A stretch of DNA of 64,000 nt from Candidatus Nomurabacteria bacterium GW2011_GWD2_36_14 (GCA_000991405.1 LBRL01000002.1:7583-71582), one strand, 5' to 3'; positions 10,174 through 20,170 are shown, counted from the stretch's first letter. Numbers and translations: made by a program. Notes: generated from the letters alone by a model not told the origin.

Positions 10174-11112
10174 TTATTTCCCTTCCTTAAATTTATTAAA
10201 TTTTTCTTCTTGAGCCTTTTTAAATGCATCAAATTCAGATTCTTTTGCTTTTTTAAAATCTTCAAAAGTAGTATGATAATCTGATTTTTCTATAACTGGA
10301 GTATGCTCTTGTTGTTTCTCTGGTTGATTACTAACAGGAGAAGACTTAGATGATTCAGGTACTTCCTGTTTTTTGTCTAAAATATTTGAAAGAGAAGAAT
10401 TTGATTCATTATTATCTACACCATTAACAATATTTTCTAATTGAGAAGTATAAGCTATCTGTATTTTTTCTAAAAGATTGACGGCTTCTTCACCCTCAAT
10501 AATTCCACTTTTCCCACTTTTCATATCAACTACAACAATTCTTTTATTTTTTAAATCAAAAGAAGAAATCTTAACATCTGTTTCCATTGGAGTCCCTGAA
10601 GTAACCTGACCCCACTGAGCATTATCTTCCATACTGCTAAAAGCATATATAGCATTACGAATTAAACCTTTTTTATTTTCTTCATCTTGATTATTAATTA
10701 TAAATCGATCAACAGAACCATCTTGATCATAATCACAGAATACATTAGAACCATCCTTGTTCATTAGTATAAACCAATCACCATTATTTGCAGATGTAAC
10801 TTCTGTTCCCTTAGTAAGTTTAAAACTTCTAATTTCTTGACCTCCCAAAGTATGTGTTGAACCTTTACATTTTTCTTCTAAAACAACATTTATTTTTTTA
10901 ATTGATTCTTGGGCCAGTTCAATTTTATTCTTTAAGTTAACTGGATCTTTTTCATTTAAGCTTGAAGCGGAAGCTTCATTATTCAATGGAATAGAAAACA
11001 AAGATATAAGGGTAGCAATTTTAGTGGTGTCACTAATAACCTTTAGGGCTTTATCTTTTAAACTAATTCCTTCACTTTTCTTCTCTACTTTATTTTGAAA
11101 TTTTTCAAACAT
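10174..11112 (-). CDS. Hypothetical exported protein with C-terminal 11-aa FxxFK repeats
   Basis: Charged N-terminus followed by a hydrophobic stretch; C-terminus FEDFKKAKESEFDAFKKAQEEKFNKFK. Confidence 0.7.
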   Translation of the reverse strand: MFEKFQNKVEKKSEGISLKDKALKVISDTTKIATLISLFSIPLNNEASASSLNEKDPVNLKNKIELAQESIKKINVVLEEKCKGSTHTLGGQEIRSFKLTKGTEVTSANNGDWFILMNKDGSNVFCDYDQDGSVDRFIINNQDEENKKGLIRNAIYAFSSMEDNAQWGQVTSGTPMETDVKISSFDLKNKRIVVVDMKSGKSGIIEGEEAVNLLEKIQIAYTSQLENIVNGVDNNESNSSLSNILDKKQEVPESSKSSPVSNQPEKQQEHTPVIEKSDYHTTFEDFKKAKESEFDAFKKAQEEKFNKFKEGK

Positions 11113-11250
11113 ATAATTTATTAGATTAATTATTAACTACTATATATATAGTATATCACAACAATTTGTATATATACCAATTAGCATCAAATATAGAAAA
11201 AGCCATAGAATAGCATGGCTAATTCTACGGCTTCTATAAATATTTTTAGT

Positions 11251-11835
11251 CTATGGTAAGACTATTTCTTTATCAAAAGAACCATCCTTCATTGTAATAA
11301 TTCTTTCAACAGATTCTTTTGTAAAAACATAGGAAGTTTTGTCAATTATTTTTTTTATTTGTCTTTCTTCTTTGACAAATTTTGCTGAATCAGGATGTTC
11401 TGTATCTATGGTATAAACATTTCCATAATCTACAGAGGCCACCTCAATATCAGCATTTCTAATAAAGACAAAACCTTCTTCATTTTCAAGCAAATTTGAA
11501 CCGTCAACTCCACTGACATTTTGTGTACCCTTCAATGAAGGACACTCTACTTGAATGTTAGAGCCTCCATTTGGATGTTCGCCCAATACTGTTATTTTAT
11601 AACCCAACTTTTCAGCAATTGCTTGAATTTTGGGAGAAATAACACCTGTAAACTCATTAAATTCTTTTTCCTGAGCCTTTTTAAAAGTCTCAAATTCGGC
11701 ATTTTTTTGATTCTTAAAGGAATCAAATTTAGCCTGTTGGGCTTTCTTAAAAGCTTCAAAATTAGAACTCTGGGCTACTACGGAATTTCCAACCGCAAGA
11801 AAGAAAAAGGTTAAAAAAATAAATAAAGTTTTCAT
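11251..11835 (-). CDS. Hypothetical secreted protein with N-terminal 11-aa FxxFK repeats
   Basis: Classical signal peptide followed by FEAFKKAQQAKFDSFKNQKNAEFETFKKAQEKEFNEF. Confidence 0.7.
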   Translation of the reverse strand: MKTLFIFLTFFFLAVGNSVVAQSSNFEAFKKAQQAKFDSFKNQKNAEFETFKKAQEKEFNEFTGVISPKIQAIAEKLGYKITVLGEHPNGGSNIQVECPSLKGTQNVSGVDGSNLLENEEGFVFIRNADIEVASVDYGNVYTIDTEHPDSAKFVKEERQIKKIIDKTSYVFTKESVERIITMKDGSFDKEIVLP

Positions 11836-11986
11836 TTGTTTTGGTTTTAAATTTAGAAATTGAAATTATTAACTCTTCCAAAAATCCATAAAGATTCTTA
11901 GAAGAGCCAACAAAATCAACTAATTAAAACCAAAAATGTTAAAGAACTTAAATACTCGTGTATTTTAGCATATATAAGTCATTTTG

Positions 11987-13816
11987 TCAATGTGATACAA
12001 ACATGCTTGATAATGTAGCCTCCCCTAGGATATGAAGCTCTGTAATGGCTCGAGTGAGGGCCACATAGAGTAGATCCCTTTGCATTCTTTCTCTTTCTTC
12101 TATATGGATAGGAAGGACGTCTTCGTGATGAGTCACTTCAAATGACTTCTTGTTTACTCCAACGATAAACACAATATCGAACTCCACACCTTGGGATTCG
12201 ATCATTGAAAGTACATGAATATTCTTATGAGAGGCAAACTCTTGTTTGAAATGATGCAAATGAGATTCCTCTTTAGAAATAATTCCTATGCTTCCTTTCT
12301 CATAAGGAGCGATATGTTTCCTTATATGCTCTATCTCCTCTTCGCTTGAAGTCACTATCTTCTCTACTACTTCTTCTCCAACCTTTGCTCCATCGGGAAT
12401 TTCTGTTTTGTACCCTAAACCTTGTATGAAGGACAGAATGTTCTTTGTATTTCGATAAACCTTACTGAGTCTGATATTCCTTTCAGGCTTTATAACCTCA
12501 CCTATCTCTTCCCAATTCTTTATAGTTCCAAGCTTTACCTGCTGAGCCATATCCCCTACGTACACGACGGACTTGGTATCTTCGTTCAAACAATTGTTGA
12601 AGATTTGCAACTGTTCTCTGAGATAATTCTGAAACTCATCGACAATCATGAGTGAATACTCTACCTTGTTCTTTTCTACTTTACGGACAAGTTGATCTTT
12701 CACAAAGGTCTGATACTCTCTCTTTGTTTCAAATTTATTATATCTTTCAAAGTATGACTTGAGTAAGATACTGAGGTCAAATCTATCCAATTTTTTATCC
12801 TTCTTCTGATTGTCAAATAGTCTTAGATTCTCTTTAGAGAAAGCATCGCCATATTGTGAAGACAAAACTTTATAAATATTTGCATTCCATTTTGTAATAG
12901 GCTTCTCCCTCAGAGATCTTAACTTCTGATATTCATACAAGTCTTTCTCCTCTTCGCTCTGGCCATATCTTTCGACATATGAGTATCCTGACAAGTTCAG
13001 GGAGAATATAGCCCACTCGCCAAAGGTTGTAATGTGGACATCGTTGATACCAAGCCCTGGTAGTAGAGTCGAGAAGTATTCCTTGGTTCCTAAGTCTTGT
13101 ACAAATACAATGATAGAACGTGGTGGATAAAATTCCGCCGTATCAGGAGCTTGCGTCAAGTACGCCACACGATGAAGAGCCAAAGTCGTCTTGCCTGAAC
13201 CAGCCGGTCCTGATATAGCCAGAGGCCCTACGTGTTCTGCACGAATAACTTGGTCTTGAGCCTTTTCCATCTGGGCAATGATTTCTGGAAGGGCAAATTC
13301 ACTTTTCTGTCTGGTAAAGTGTTCTTGGTAGATAAGTTCCCTTGGCTTACCCTTTACTTCAAGGGCAAAGAATATGACATTGCCATCGACTATCATGTAT
13401 TGCTCCTTTTGTCTGACTGTTATATTCCTCGTTGTTCCATCGGGAAGTCTGTACGATACTTTCCCCAAATTCTCAAATCTTATAGACGCCACAGGTGCTA
13501 CCCATGAGTATATGGATTCTTCAGAGAATTGATGCTTGGCAAAAAAGTATTCTTTGTCTACACCATCTTCGTCTGTTATGTAGCATTTCATAAAGTAAGG
13601 AGAGCTCTCTAGATTCTTAAGCTCAACTACCCTATTCTCTGCATTGGCCTTGAGTTGCATTTGTACGATCTGATCCTCGGGTCGCATCCTTGCAATTTCT
13701 TTCACACTTTTGCTGGCCAAGATTTGTGTCTTCTCCAAACTAACTAGAATCCTCTGACGAATAAAATCAATGTGAGACTTAAGGCTATTTAACAATTTTT
13801 CTTTATATTTTTCCAT
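11987..13816 (-). CDS. HelD-like SF1 ATPase (RNA polymerase recycling factor family)
   Basis: SPYF, W.APVAS, Q..QDQVIRA, GPAGSGKTTLALHRVAYL, DEFQ, GD..QQ, GVEFD, YVALTRA. Confidence 0.8.
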   Translation of the reverse strand: MEKYKEKLLNSLKSHIDFIRQRILVSLEKTQILASKSVKEIARMRPEDQIVQMQLKANAENRVVELKNLESSPYFMKCYITDEDGVDKEYFFAKHQFSEESIYSWVAPVASIRFENLGKVSYRLPDGTTRNITVRQKEQYMIVDGNVIFFALEVKGKPRELIYQEHFTRQKSEFALPEIIAQMEKAQDQVIRAEHVGPLAISGPAGSGKTTLALHRVAYLTQAPDTAEFYPPRSIIVFVQDLGTKEYFSTLLPGLGINDVHITTFGEWAIFSLNLSGYSYVERYGQSEEEKDLYEYQKLRSLREKPITKWNANIYKVLSSQYGDAFSKENLRLFDNQKKDKKLDRFDLSILLKSYFERYNKFETKREYQTFVKDQLVRKVEKNKVEYSLMIVDEFQNYLREQLQIFNNCLNEDTKSVVYVGDMAQQVKLGTIKNWEEIGEVIKPERNIRLSKVYRNTKNILSFIQGLGYKTEIPDGAKVGEEVVEKIVTSSEEEIEHIRKHIAPYEKGSIGIISKEESHLHHFKQEFASHKNIHVLSMIESQGVEFDIVFIVGVNKKSFEVTHHEDVLPIHIEERERMQRDLLYVALTRAITELHILGEATLSSMFVSH

Positions 13817-13827
13817 AATTTTGTATT

Positions 13828-13850
13828 AAAAAAACCGCTTCGGGCGGTTT
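13828..13850 (-). terminator. Intrinsic terminator/attenuator 12 nt upstream of the helD-like start
   Basis: Minus strand AAACCGC-CCGAA-GCGGTTT followed by a T-run. Confidence 0.7.
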
Positions 13851-13902
13851 ACATAATGCACTTTGGACCAATTTTACTTGAATAATAATTTAACCTAAAC
13901 AT
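13849..13902 (-). CDS. Putative leaderless leader peptide (17 aa, MFRLNYYSSKIGPKCIM)
   Basis: ATG lies 7 nt after a TTGTCA-N17-TATTAT promoter; stop codon overlaps the terminator stem. Confidence 0.45.
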   Translation of the reverse strand: MFRLNYYSSKIGPKCIM

Positions 13903-14021
13903 AATGATGATAATAGCAAAAGTCCACAATTCTGACAAGTGCATAACTTCCACACCCATATTTTTATAGTTTTCAACGCAATATTATTGCAATAAAAATA
14001 TAGGTTTGGGAGATAACTTTC

Positions 14022-14789
14022 CTATCTATTTACTGGTAGCTTTATGAAGAATACAGAGCCTTGGCCTCTGCCCTTGGACTTGGCATATATACTTCCACCA
14101 TGACGCTTCACTATCTGCCTTGAGAGGTAGAGCTTGAGTCCCATTCCATCTGGATATGAAAGTCTGGCCTTCTTACTACGGAAGAACCTTCCAAATATCT
14201 TCATCTTGTCGTAGAAGCTAAGTCCTATGCCTGTATCTGCCACGTAGAAGAGTAAAGTGTGGTTAGGCTTTAAAATGCAGTCGATCAATATTGATCCACC
14301 TGCGGGGGTATAAAGTATGGCATTCTCGATGATAGTATCGACCACAAAACTAATCTTACTGAGGTCTAGGACCAAAAGTGGAATCTCTTGGAATGAAGAA
14401 ATTTTAAATACAATATTCTTCTTAACTATATCCTCTCTGTATCTTTCTATGGATTTCTCGACAATATCTCTGAAGGAAGCCTTCGTTAGAAGGTATCCAT
14501 CGGCACGTTTTATATCCTTAATCCCTACGATTAGGTCCACGATTGCCAGAAGCTTATTGGTAGCGTTGTTCAAATTCTGAATATTGGAAACCCTCTCCTC
14601 GCGAGAGAGATCTATCTTTTCTAGCTCTTTGCTGATCCAGCTTATCTTGGTTAGAGGAGTGCGAAAGGTATGATTGATAATGGAAGTGAATTCGTATTCA
14701 GTCTCCCTATTCTTCAAATAGAATTTGATAAAATTATATAAAATATAGAGTACCGCTATTAGAGCTAAGATGGGCCAAATGTTTATCAT
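14022..14789 (-). CDS. Orphan membrane histidine kinase (HisKA-HATPase, no obvious sensor domain)
   Basis: NHTFRTPL H-box, IENAILY, DTGIGL, GMGLKL. Confidence 0.85.
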   Translation of the reverse strand: MINIWPILALIAVLYILYNFIKFYLKNRETEYEFTSIINHTFRTPLTKISWISKELEKIDLSREERVSNIQNLNNATNKLLAIVDLIVGIKDIKRADGYLLTKASFRDIVEKSIERYREDIVKKNIVFKISSFQEIPLLVLDLSKISFVVDTIIENAILYTPAGGSILIDCILKPNHTLLFYVADTGIGLSFYDKMKIFGRFFRSKKARLSYPDGMGLKLYLSRQIVKRHGGSIYAKSKGRGQGSVFFIKLPVNR

Positions 14790-14964
14790 GGGTTTATTAT
14801 ACCAAAATATACATATGTCTAAAAGTACTTGATTTAACTCAAATATAGTAATAAAATAAAATTACGAAATATCTCCTTTTACAAGCATCTATAAATGCTT
14901 GCATTACTTGTCGCAGTAATGCAAGTACGTAAAATATTAACAATTATTAAATAATAAAATTAAA

Positions 14965-15342
14965 ATGAAAACAACAAAAATTATTTTCTGGGTATCAACA
15001 GCTATCATATTCCTAGGCGAAGGAGTAGTACCCGCACTTACATCTAATTCAGAAATGTCTATACAAGGTATTGTGGGCTTGGGTTACCCTGTATACTTTG
15101 TAGCATTACTAACTGTATTTAAAGTTCTCGGGGCTATAGTATTGATAGTTCCCCAAATCCCAAATAGAGTAAAAGAATGGGCATATGCAGGATTCATGAT
15201 TGACTTCATAAGTGCCTTTGTAAGCATCTGGGTAGTAGCTGGATTCAATGCTGGTCTAGCATTACCACTAATCGCTATGGTTGTATTGATACTCTCTTAT
15301 GTGAGTTATTCTAAAATACAAGCCAGTAAACAAATTTATTAA
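14965..15342 (+). CDS. DoxX-like family membrane protein
   Basis: LGYPVYF...KVLG...KEWAYAGF signature. Confidence 0.85.
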   Translation: MKTTKIIFWVSTAIIFLGEGVVPALTSNSEMSIQGIVGLGYPVYFVALLTVFKVLGAIVLIVPQIPNRVKEWAYAGFMIDFISAFVSIWVVAGFNAGLALPLIAMVVLILSYVSYSKIQASKQIY

Positions 15343-15390
15343 AAAAGAAAAAATAGTGAGAACGATTCTCGATATTTTTTAATTAAGAAT

Positions 15391-15795
15391 TTAAAAATCT
15401 TTTTTAATAATTATATTCTCTCCATCTGAATATCCTTCTATAACTTCTACATACTCATCAGTAAAATATTCAATATTATTAGATTCTATTGCTTTTTTGA
15501 ATAATTCCTTTGAATACAACTTGGGAGCATTTTCTCCACGAGATAAAGTTACATGCGGGTACTCATTCTTCAATTTTGGATTCTCTACGAGTAAGTCGTC
15601 TCCAAATTCATCATAAGCTCTCCCAATAATTTTTATTTTCTGCTCTTTTCCAACTTCTATTTCATCTAAGCTTTCTGGCTTAAATTCAATCGTCGAATGA
15701 TGCCCAAAAACCATCGCGTGTTTAGGAGGAAATCTTTTTAATAAATCAGTTGGATCTTTTACAAATAAAGCTGTGAATTTGAGTTTATTAGACAT
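15391..15795 (-). CDS. Probable 2H phosphoesterase
   Basis: Two HxT motifs (HSTI, HVTL); start placed at MSNKLK. Confidence 0.6.
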   Translation of the reverse strand: MSNKLKFTALFVKDPTDLLKRFPPKHAMVFGHHSTIEFKPESLDEIEVGKEQKIKIIGRAYDEFGDDLLVENPKLKNEYPHVTLSRGENAPKLYSKELFKKAIESNNIEYFTDEYVEVIEGYSDGENIIIKKDF

Positions 15796-15812
15796 AAAAT
15801 AATTTATTAAGA

Positions 15813-16454
15813 CTAATTTTTTTGAACGATGAAGCTGATCCAACTTTTACCAAAAGGATCCATTGATTCTTTTGAATCTAATATTTTAAAATGGGATTGA
15901 ATTAATATTTCTTTGAGTTCTTTTTTTGTCCAATGCTTTCTATATCTTTTATATTCACCTGAATAATCCATTTTTACTTCATAACCTTCACTAGATTTAT
16001 CAGATTTTGTACTTTCAATAAAGGCAACACCCTCCGTATTTAGAATTTTATGAATTTTTTTTAAAACTTCAAAAACAACTAGTTTTGGGAAAAGATGAAT
16101 AAAAGCAAAGGCAAATACTCCATCAAACTTATGTTTAAAATTAGTTATTAAAAAATCCCCATTAATACAAACAGCATTGGGATTTCTTTTTTGAGTGTAA
16201 AAGAGCATTCTTGATGAAATATCAATACAAGTTAGTTTAAAACCTTTTTTAATAAAAAAATTTGTAGATGAGCCTACTCCACATCCTACATCCAAAATTT
16301 GTCCATTTTTACGGACATATTTTGACATCCAGTCTGTATTTTTTTTAGTAACAAAATAAAGAGATTCAATTCTTTTTTCATACTCAACTGCAAGAGAATC
16401 GTATGTTCGTATATGTAATTTAATTATTTCTTTAATATCTTGTTTTGTTTCCAT
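15813..16454 (-). CDS. Class I SAM-dependent methyltransferase
   Basis: ILDVGCGVG, DIS, FDGV. Confidence 0.85.
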   Translation of the reverse strand: METKQDIKEIIKLHIRTYDSLAVEYEKRIESLYFVTKKNTDWMSKYVRKNGQILDVGCGVGSSTNFFIKKGFKLTCIDISSRMLFYTQKRNPNAVCINGDFLITNFKHKFDGVFAFAFIHLFPKLVVFEVLKKIHKILNTEGVAFIESTKSDKSSEGYEVKMDYSGEYKRYRKHWTKKELKEILIQSHFKILDSKESMDPFGKSWISFIVQKN

Positions 16455-16519
16455 GAAATTTAGTATCCAAAAAGTTTTACGTTTTTAATAAATGATAAAT
16501 TTATCTATATAAAATAAGA

Positions 16520-16957
16520 TTAAATCCCAATCTTTTTTAAACTATTAGCAAACTTTCTTAATTTCTTTGGAATTTTAAGTTTTAAAAATTCATCCAGTGT
16601 AACCCATTTATACAAATCGTGTTCCCAACTAATAGACAACTTCCCTTTTAGGACAAAAACTCTATATACTACAGTTACCCAATACTCTCCTTTTAAATCA
16701 ACATGTGCTTCTACATCAAAAGGAATAAGATTTTTAACAGTAAAACCAGTTTCTTCTTTTATTTCTCTAATTATTGATTCTTTTGGGTCTTCTCCAAATT
16801 CTATGTCCCCTCCCGGAAGATCCCATTTGAGAGGATTGGAGGGTGCAGTTTTGGTTCGTCGCATTGTCAAAAATTTCCCATCTTTATTAAAAACAAAAGC
16901 CTTCTGAGAAAAAAACATTTTATTTGTTTTTATAATTTTCTTTTTCATAAGTTTCAT
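16520..16957 (-). CDS. NUDIX hydrolase
   Basis: Nudix box GGDIEFGEDPKESIIREIKEETG. Confidence 0.92.
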   Translation of the reverse strand: MKLMKKKIIKTNKMFFSQKAFVFNKDGKFLTMRRTKTAPSNPLKWDLPGGDIEFGEDPKESIIREIKEETGFTVKNLIPFDVEAHVDLKGEYWVTVVYRVFVLKGKLSISWEHDLYKWVTLDEFLKLKIPKKLRKFANSLKKIGI

Positions 16958-16993
16958 TATACTTTATAATCAATAATTATAATACTTAATTAA

Positions 16994-17503
16994 TTAGAGA
17001 GTATTTAAATATTCTTCTATTTCTTTATAATTTTTAAAAACCTTAATTTTATCAGGATGATCGAGCACAAACTGTTTCAGCTTGGGACCTTTTATAAAAG
17101 TCCTACGAATTATTTGATAAATAAATTTAAACTCATCCCATTTTGTAAGTTCTTTATGTCTATCAGATTTAAATGTTCTCTTTAAATGATTAAACAAGCG
17201 ACGATAAAGTGGAATATCTAAAAATATGACATAATCTGTATGTTCAACAATAATAGATTGTACCCTAGGATAAGTCCCATCAGAAACCCAAGAATCATGA
17301 TCGTTAATGAAACTTGTAACTTTTTCTTTCATATAGGCTCTAACTTTTTCTACGCCTTCTATATCGCCTGATTTTAATCTATTACCTCCAGATTCAAACC
17401 AAAATCTATCTAGCTGGAGATAAGGTATATTAAATTTATCACTTATTTTACTGGCTAAAGTGCTCTTTCCACTTCCTGGTTGACCAATAATAGAAATTTT
17501 CAT
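16994..17503 (-). CDS. Adenylate-kinase-like P-loop protein (FlaR/topology modulation family)
   Basis: IIGQPGSGKSTLA, LDRFW, WVSDG.Y. Confidence 0.8.
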   Translation of the reverse strand: MKISIIGQPGSGKSTLASKISDKFNIPYLQLDRFWFESGGNRLKSGDIEGVEKVRAYMKEKVTSFINDHDSWVSDGTYPRVQSIIVEHTDYVIFLDIPLYRRLFNHLKRTFKSDRHKELTKWDEFKFIYQIIRRTFIKGPKLKQFVLDHPDKIKVFKNYKEIEEYLNTL

Positions 17504-17510
17504 AATTTTA

Positions 17511-18107
17511 TTAATTAAAAGAATAATCCTTTATTTTTTGTTTAAAGTCTGCAAATGTGGTATACACCTCCGCATTTATTCCAAACCCTTTTGCTGTTTT
17601 TATATTTTCTATATCATCATCCCAGAAAAGAATTTCATCCTTTTTAATATCTCCTAAATCTTTTACGAGTTTTTCAAAGAATTCTATATTCGTTTTCTTG
17701 TGCCCTAAATGAGCGGAAACATACATTTTGTCAAAACTATTAACAAAACCAATTTTATTAAATATATAATCAGCTCTATACTTTTCCTGATTGGTAGCCA
17801 TTACACATTTAATACCATTTTTTCTGTATTCTTGTATACAATCTATTAGTTCTTGATTTATTGATTGTTCAGATGAGAACCAATATTCTAGAAAGTTATC
17901 AACTCCATCTTTCCATCCCCATTCTTCTAGATAGGGAGTTATAACTTCTTTCAAATCAGCTTTACCAACAAGGCAGTCCTTAAACGGACCATCAAAGAAT
18001 GGATTGATTTTGTCTATATCAATTCCATATTCTTTAGAAAATCTTTCACTGAAAATATCCCCATTTATAAGGACTCCATCGGCGTCAAAAATTAAGACTT
18101 TTATCAT
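17511..18107 (-). CDS. HAD-superfamily hydrolase
   Basis: FDADGVL, ATNQ, K, FWDD motifs. Confidence 0.9.
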   Translation of the reverse strand: MIKVLIFDADGVLINGDIFSERFSKEYGIDIDKINPFFDGPFKDCLVGKADLKEVITPYLEEWGWKDGVDNFLEYWFSSEQSINQELIDCIQEYRKNGIKCVMATNQEKYRADYIFNKIGFVNSFDKMYVSAHLGHKKTNIEFFEKLVKDLGDIKKDEILFWDDDIENIKTAKGFGINAEVYTTFADFKQKIKDYSFN

Positions 18108-18300
18108 GGGTTGATTATAGCAAAATCACAGAGAGACCGCGAGTACGCTTTTCGATCCTTACAGGATCAGTACACCTTTTCCATTCGTGAATACACTCAC
18201 ATGGAAAAGGTTTTCTCATCCCTCACGCAAGACAAGCAGTTGTCTTGCTACCATCCGCATAACAAAAAATGCCCCATAAAAGGGCAATTTTTTGAACGTG

Positions 18301-18387
18301 CGGATGGTGAGGGATTCGAACCCTCGATGCTCTTTCAAACATACAGTCTTTCCAGGACTGCGCACTAGACCACTATGCGAACCATCC
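18301..18387 (-). tRNA. tRNA-Ser(GGA), CCA not encoded
   Basis: GGATGGT/ACCATCC acceptor stem, CAGTC-CT-GGA-AA-GACTG anticodon arm, long variable arm, GGTTCGAATCC T-arm. Confidence 0.95.
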
Positions 18388-18546
18388 CTAACCAGAGCCG
18401 AAGCTCTGGTCGAGTATCATAAGTTTCCGAAGAAACCTACTTTACTATGAGTATGGACAATATAAAAATATCCATACTTTGAAAAGAACATCCGTGACTA
18501 TAATACTAAATATTCAGCTTTTTACCAAGCAAATTTAACCAAACAC

Positions 18547-18573
18547 TACCCCACAGGCCTTGCCTGTGGGGTA
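18547..18573. repeat. Dispersed REP copy TACCCCACAGGC-CTT-GCCTGTGGGGTA
   Basis: Identical to the palindrome at 42391-42417 next to the RAYT gene. Confidence 0.9.
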
Positions 18574-18590
18574 GATTTTAATATATAATT

Positions 18591-19481
18591 TTATAGACTC
18601 CCTCTTAGTCTTTTAATACGCTCTTCTACGGGAGGATGGGTGGAGAACAGAGAACCGACTGATTTACGGAATTTGCCTGAACCAAGAGGATTGGCTATAT
18701 AAAGGTGTGCTATTGCTCCAGATTGGCTCTGCATAGGTCTACCGTATTGACTAATCTTCTCTAGAGCCGAAGCTAGGCCCTCTGGATAGCGTGTGAGGAG
18801 TGCCCCTGACGCATCGGCCAAGTATTCCCTCTTGCGAGAGATTCCCAGCTGTATGAGAGTCGCAGCGATAGGAGCCAAAATAGCCACAACTATACCTATA
18901 ATCATTAATAAGCCACTACCCCGATCATTGTCACGATGTCCTCCAAAAATAGACATACGCATCATCATATCCGAGACTATTGCTACGAAGCCGACGAGAA
19001 CAACAGCCACTGTTGATACAAGCATATCCTTGTTCCCTATATGACTCATTTCATGAGCGACTACTCCTTCAAGCTCAGATTTATTCATAATGGAAAGTAA
19101 CCCTGTAGTAACTGCCACTACTGCGTGATTCTTATTTCTTCCTGTAGCAAAAGCATTGGGGGAAGGATCTTCTATAACATAAATTTTAGGCATTGGAAGT
19201 CCAGCTGTGATAGCTAAATTTTCAACGATTGTATAAAAGTCAAAATACTGTTCACGAGTAGCAGGGTGAGCCTTGGCTAAAGAGAGTGCGATTTTGTCAG
19301 AAAACCAGTAACTTGTAATATTCATAATTAGAGAAAAGGCAACAAAGAAATAAAGTATATTGGGATTACCATAAACCCGAGCGAAAACATACCCTAGCCC
19401 TATAACTATGACCAAGAAGGCGCTCATAAGTGCCCAAGTTTTCCAGACATTATTCGATTGTTCGGTATAAAGTGTCGCCAT
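18591..19481 (-). CDS. htpX: Zinc metalloprotease HtpX (M48)
   Basis: PNAFATG, VVAHEMSH, SRKREYLADA, STHPP. Confidence 0.93.
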   Translation of the reverse strand: MATLYTEQSNNVWKTWALMSAFLVIVIGLGYVFARVYGNPNILYFFVAFSLIMNITSYWFSDKIALSLAKAHPATREQYFDFYTIVENLAITAGLPMPKIYVIEDPSPNAFATGRNKNHAVVAVTTGLLSIMNKSELEGVVAHEMSHIGNKDMLVSTVAVVLVGFVAIVSDMMMRMSIFGGHRDNDRGSGLLMIIGIVVAILAPIAATLIQLGISRKREYLADASGALLTRYPEGLASALEKISQYGRPMQSQSGAIAHLYIANPLGSGKFRKSVGSLFSTHPPVEERIKRLRGSL

Positions 19482-19485
19482 ATAT

Positions 19486-20166
19486 TTATTTCAATTTAAC
19501 TGAATCCATCATTTTAATAAAATCAGCTTCTGTTATACTGGTATTTTCAGGTATAAAAACAAAAGACAAGCAAGGGAATCTCCAATTGTTCGTTTTTAAT
19601 TTGAAATATGCAATATAAGCAAGTGGGACTCCAAAAAAATCATCTGGTGGTTCTTCTTTAAATAATTCATATTTATATGGATCTCCATTTTTAGTTATAT
19701 TAGTGGAATTATCAGCACATTTATCGGAATTAGATTCTCCAAGATTCAAGCCCCTTCCTGCAATATAATCTCGACTTAGACCAGTAAAATAAAAACTTGG
19801 AGATGCCTTAGAAATAACTCCTCTAAACATTTCACCCTTTTCTCCTGGAAAAATAAATTTGTAACCAAAATGATTTTCATCTACATAGGCTTCGTCCATA
19901 GTTTTAATTTCTCCATATTTACTAGGATACTCAATAGAAAATCCGATATCTTTATTTTCATACCTCTTAACTAATTCTGATCCATTTACCTTCATGCCGG
20001 TATTTTCTACCATACTTTGCTTTTCATCTTGTATTAAAGGCATATATGTCTCCTGATTCTTGTACATGAATCTTAAGGCAATTATCATGAGAATAATAAG
20101 TACCAATAGAAGAATTGTATTCAACCACGAACTATAGAATTTTGACCCCCAATATTTATTTTCCAT
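19486..20166 (-). CDS. Hypothetical membrane-anchored protein
   Basis: N-terminal TM; YEN..IGFSIEYP segment. Confidence 0.65.
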   Translation of the reverse strand: MENKYWGSKFYSSWLNTILLLVLIILMIIALRFMYKNQETYMPLIQDEKQSMVENTGMKVNGSELVKRYENKDIGFSIEYPSKYGEIKTMDEAYVDENHFGYKFIFPGEKGEMFRGVISKASPSFYFTGLSRDYIAGRGLNLGESNSDKCADNSTNITKNGDPYKYELFKEEPPDDFFGVPLAYIAYFKLKTNNWRFPCLSFVFIPENTSITEADFIKMMDSVKLK

Positions 20167-20170
20167 AATT

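Noticed and set aside
18111-18368. 85-aa plus-strand ORF
   Set aside because: Antisense to tRNA-Ser and its structured trailer.
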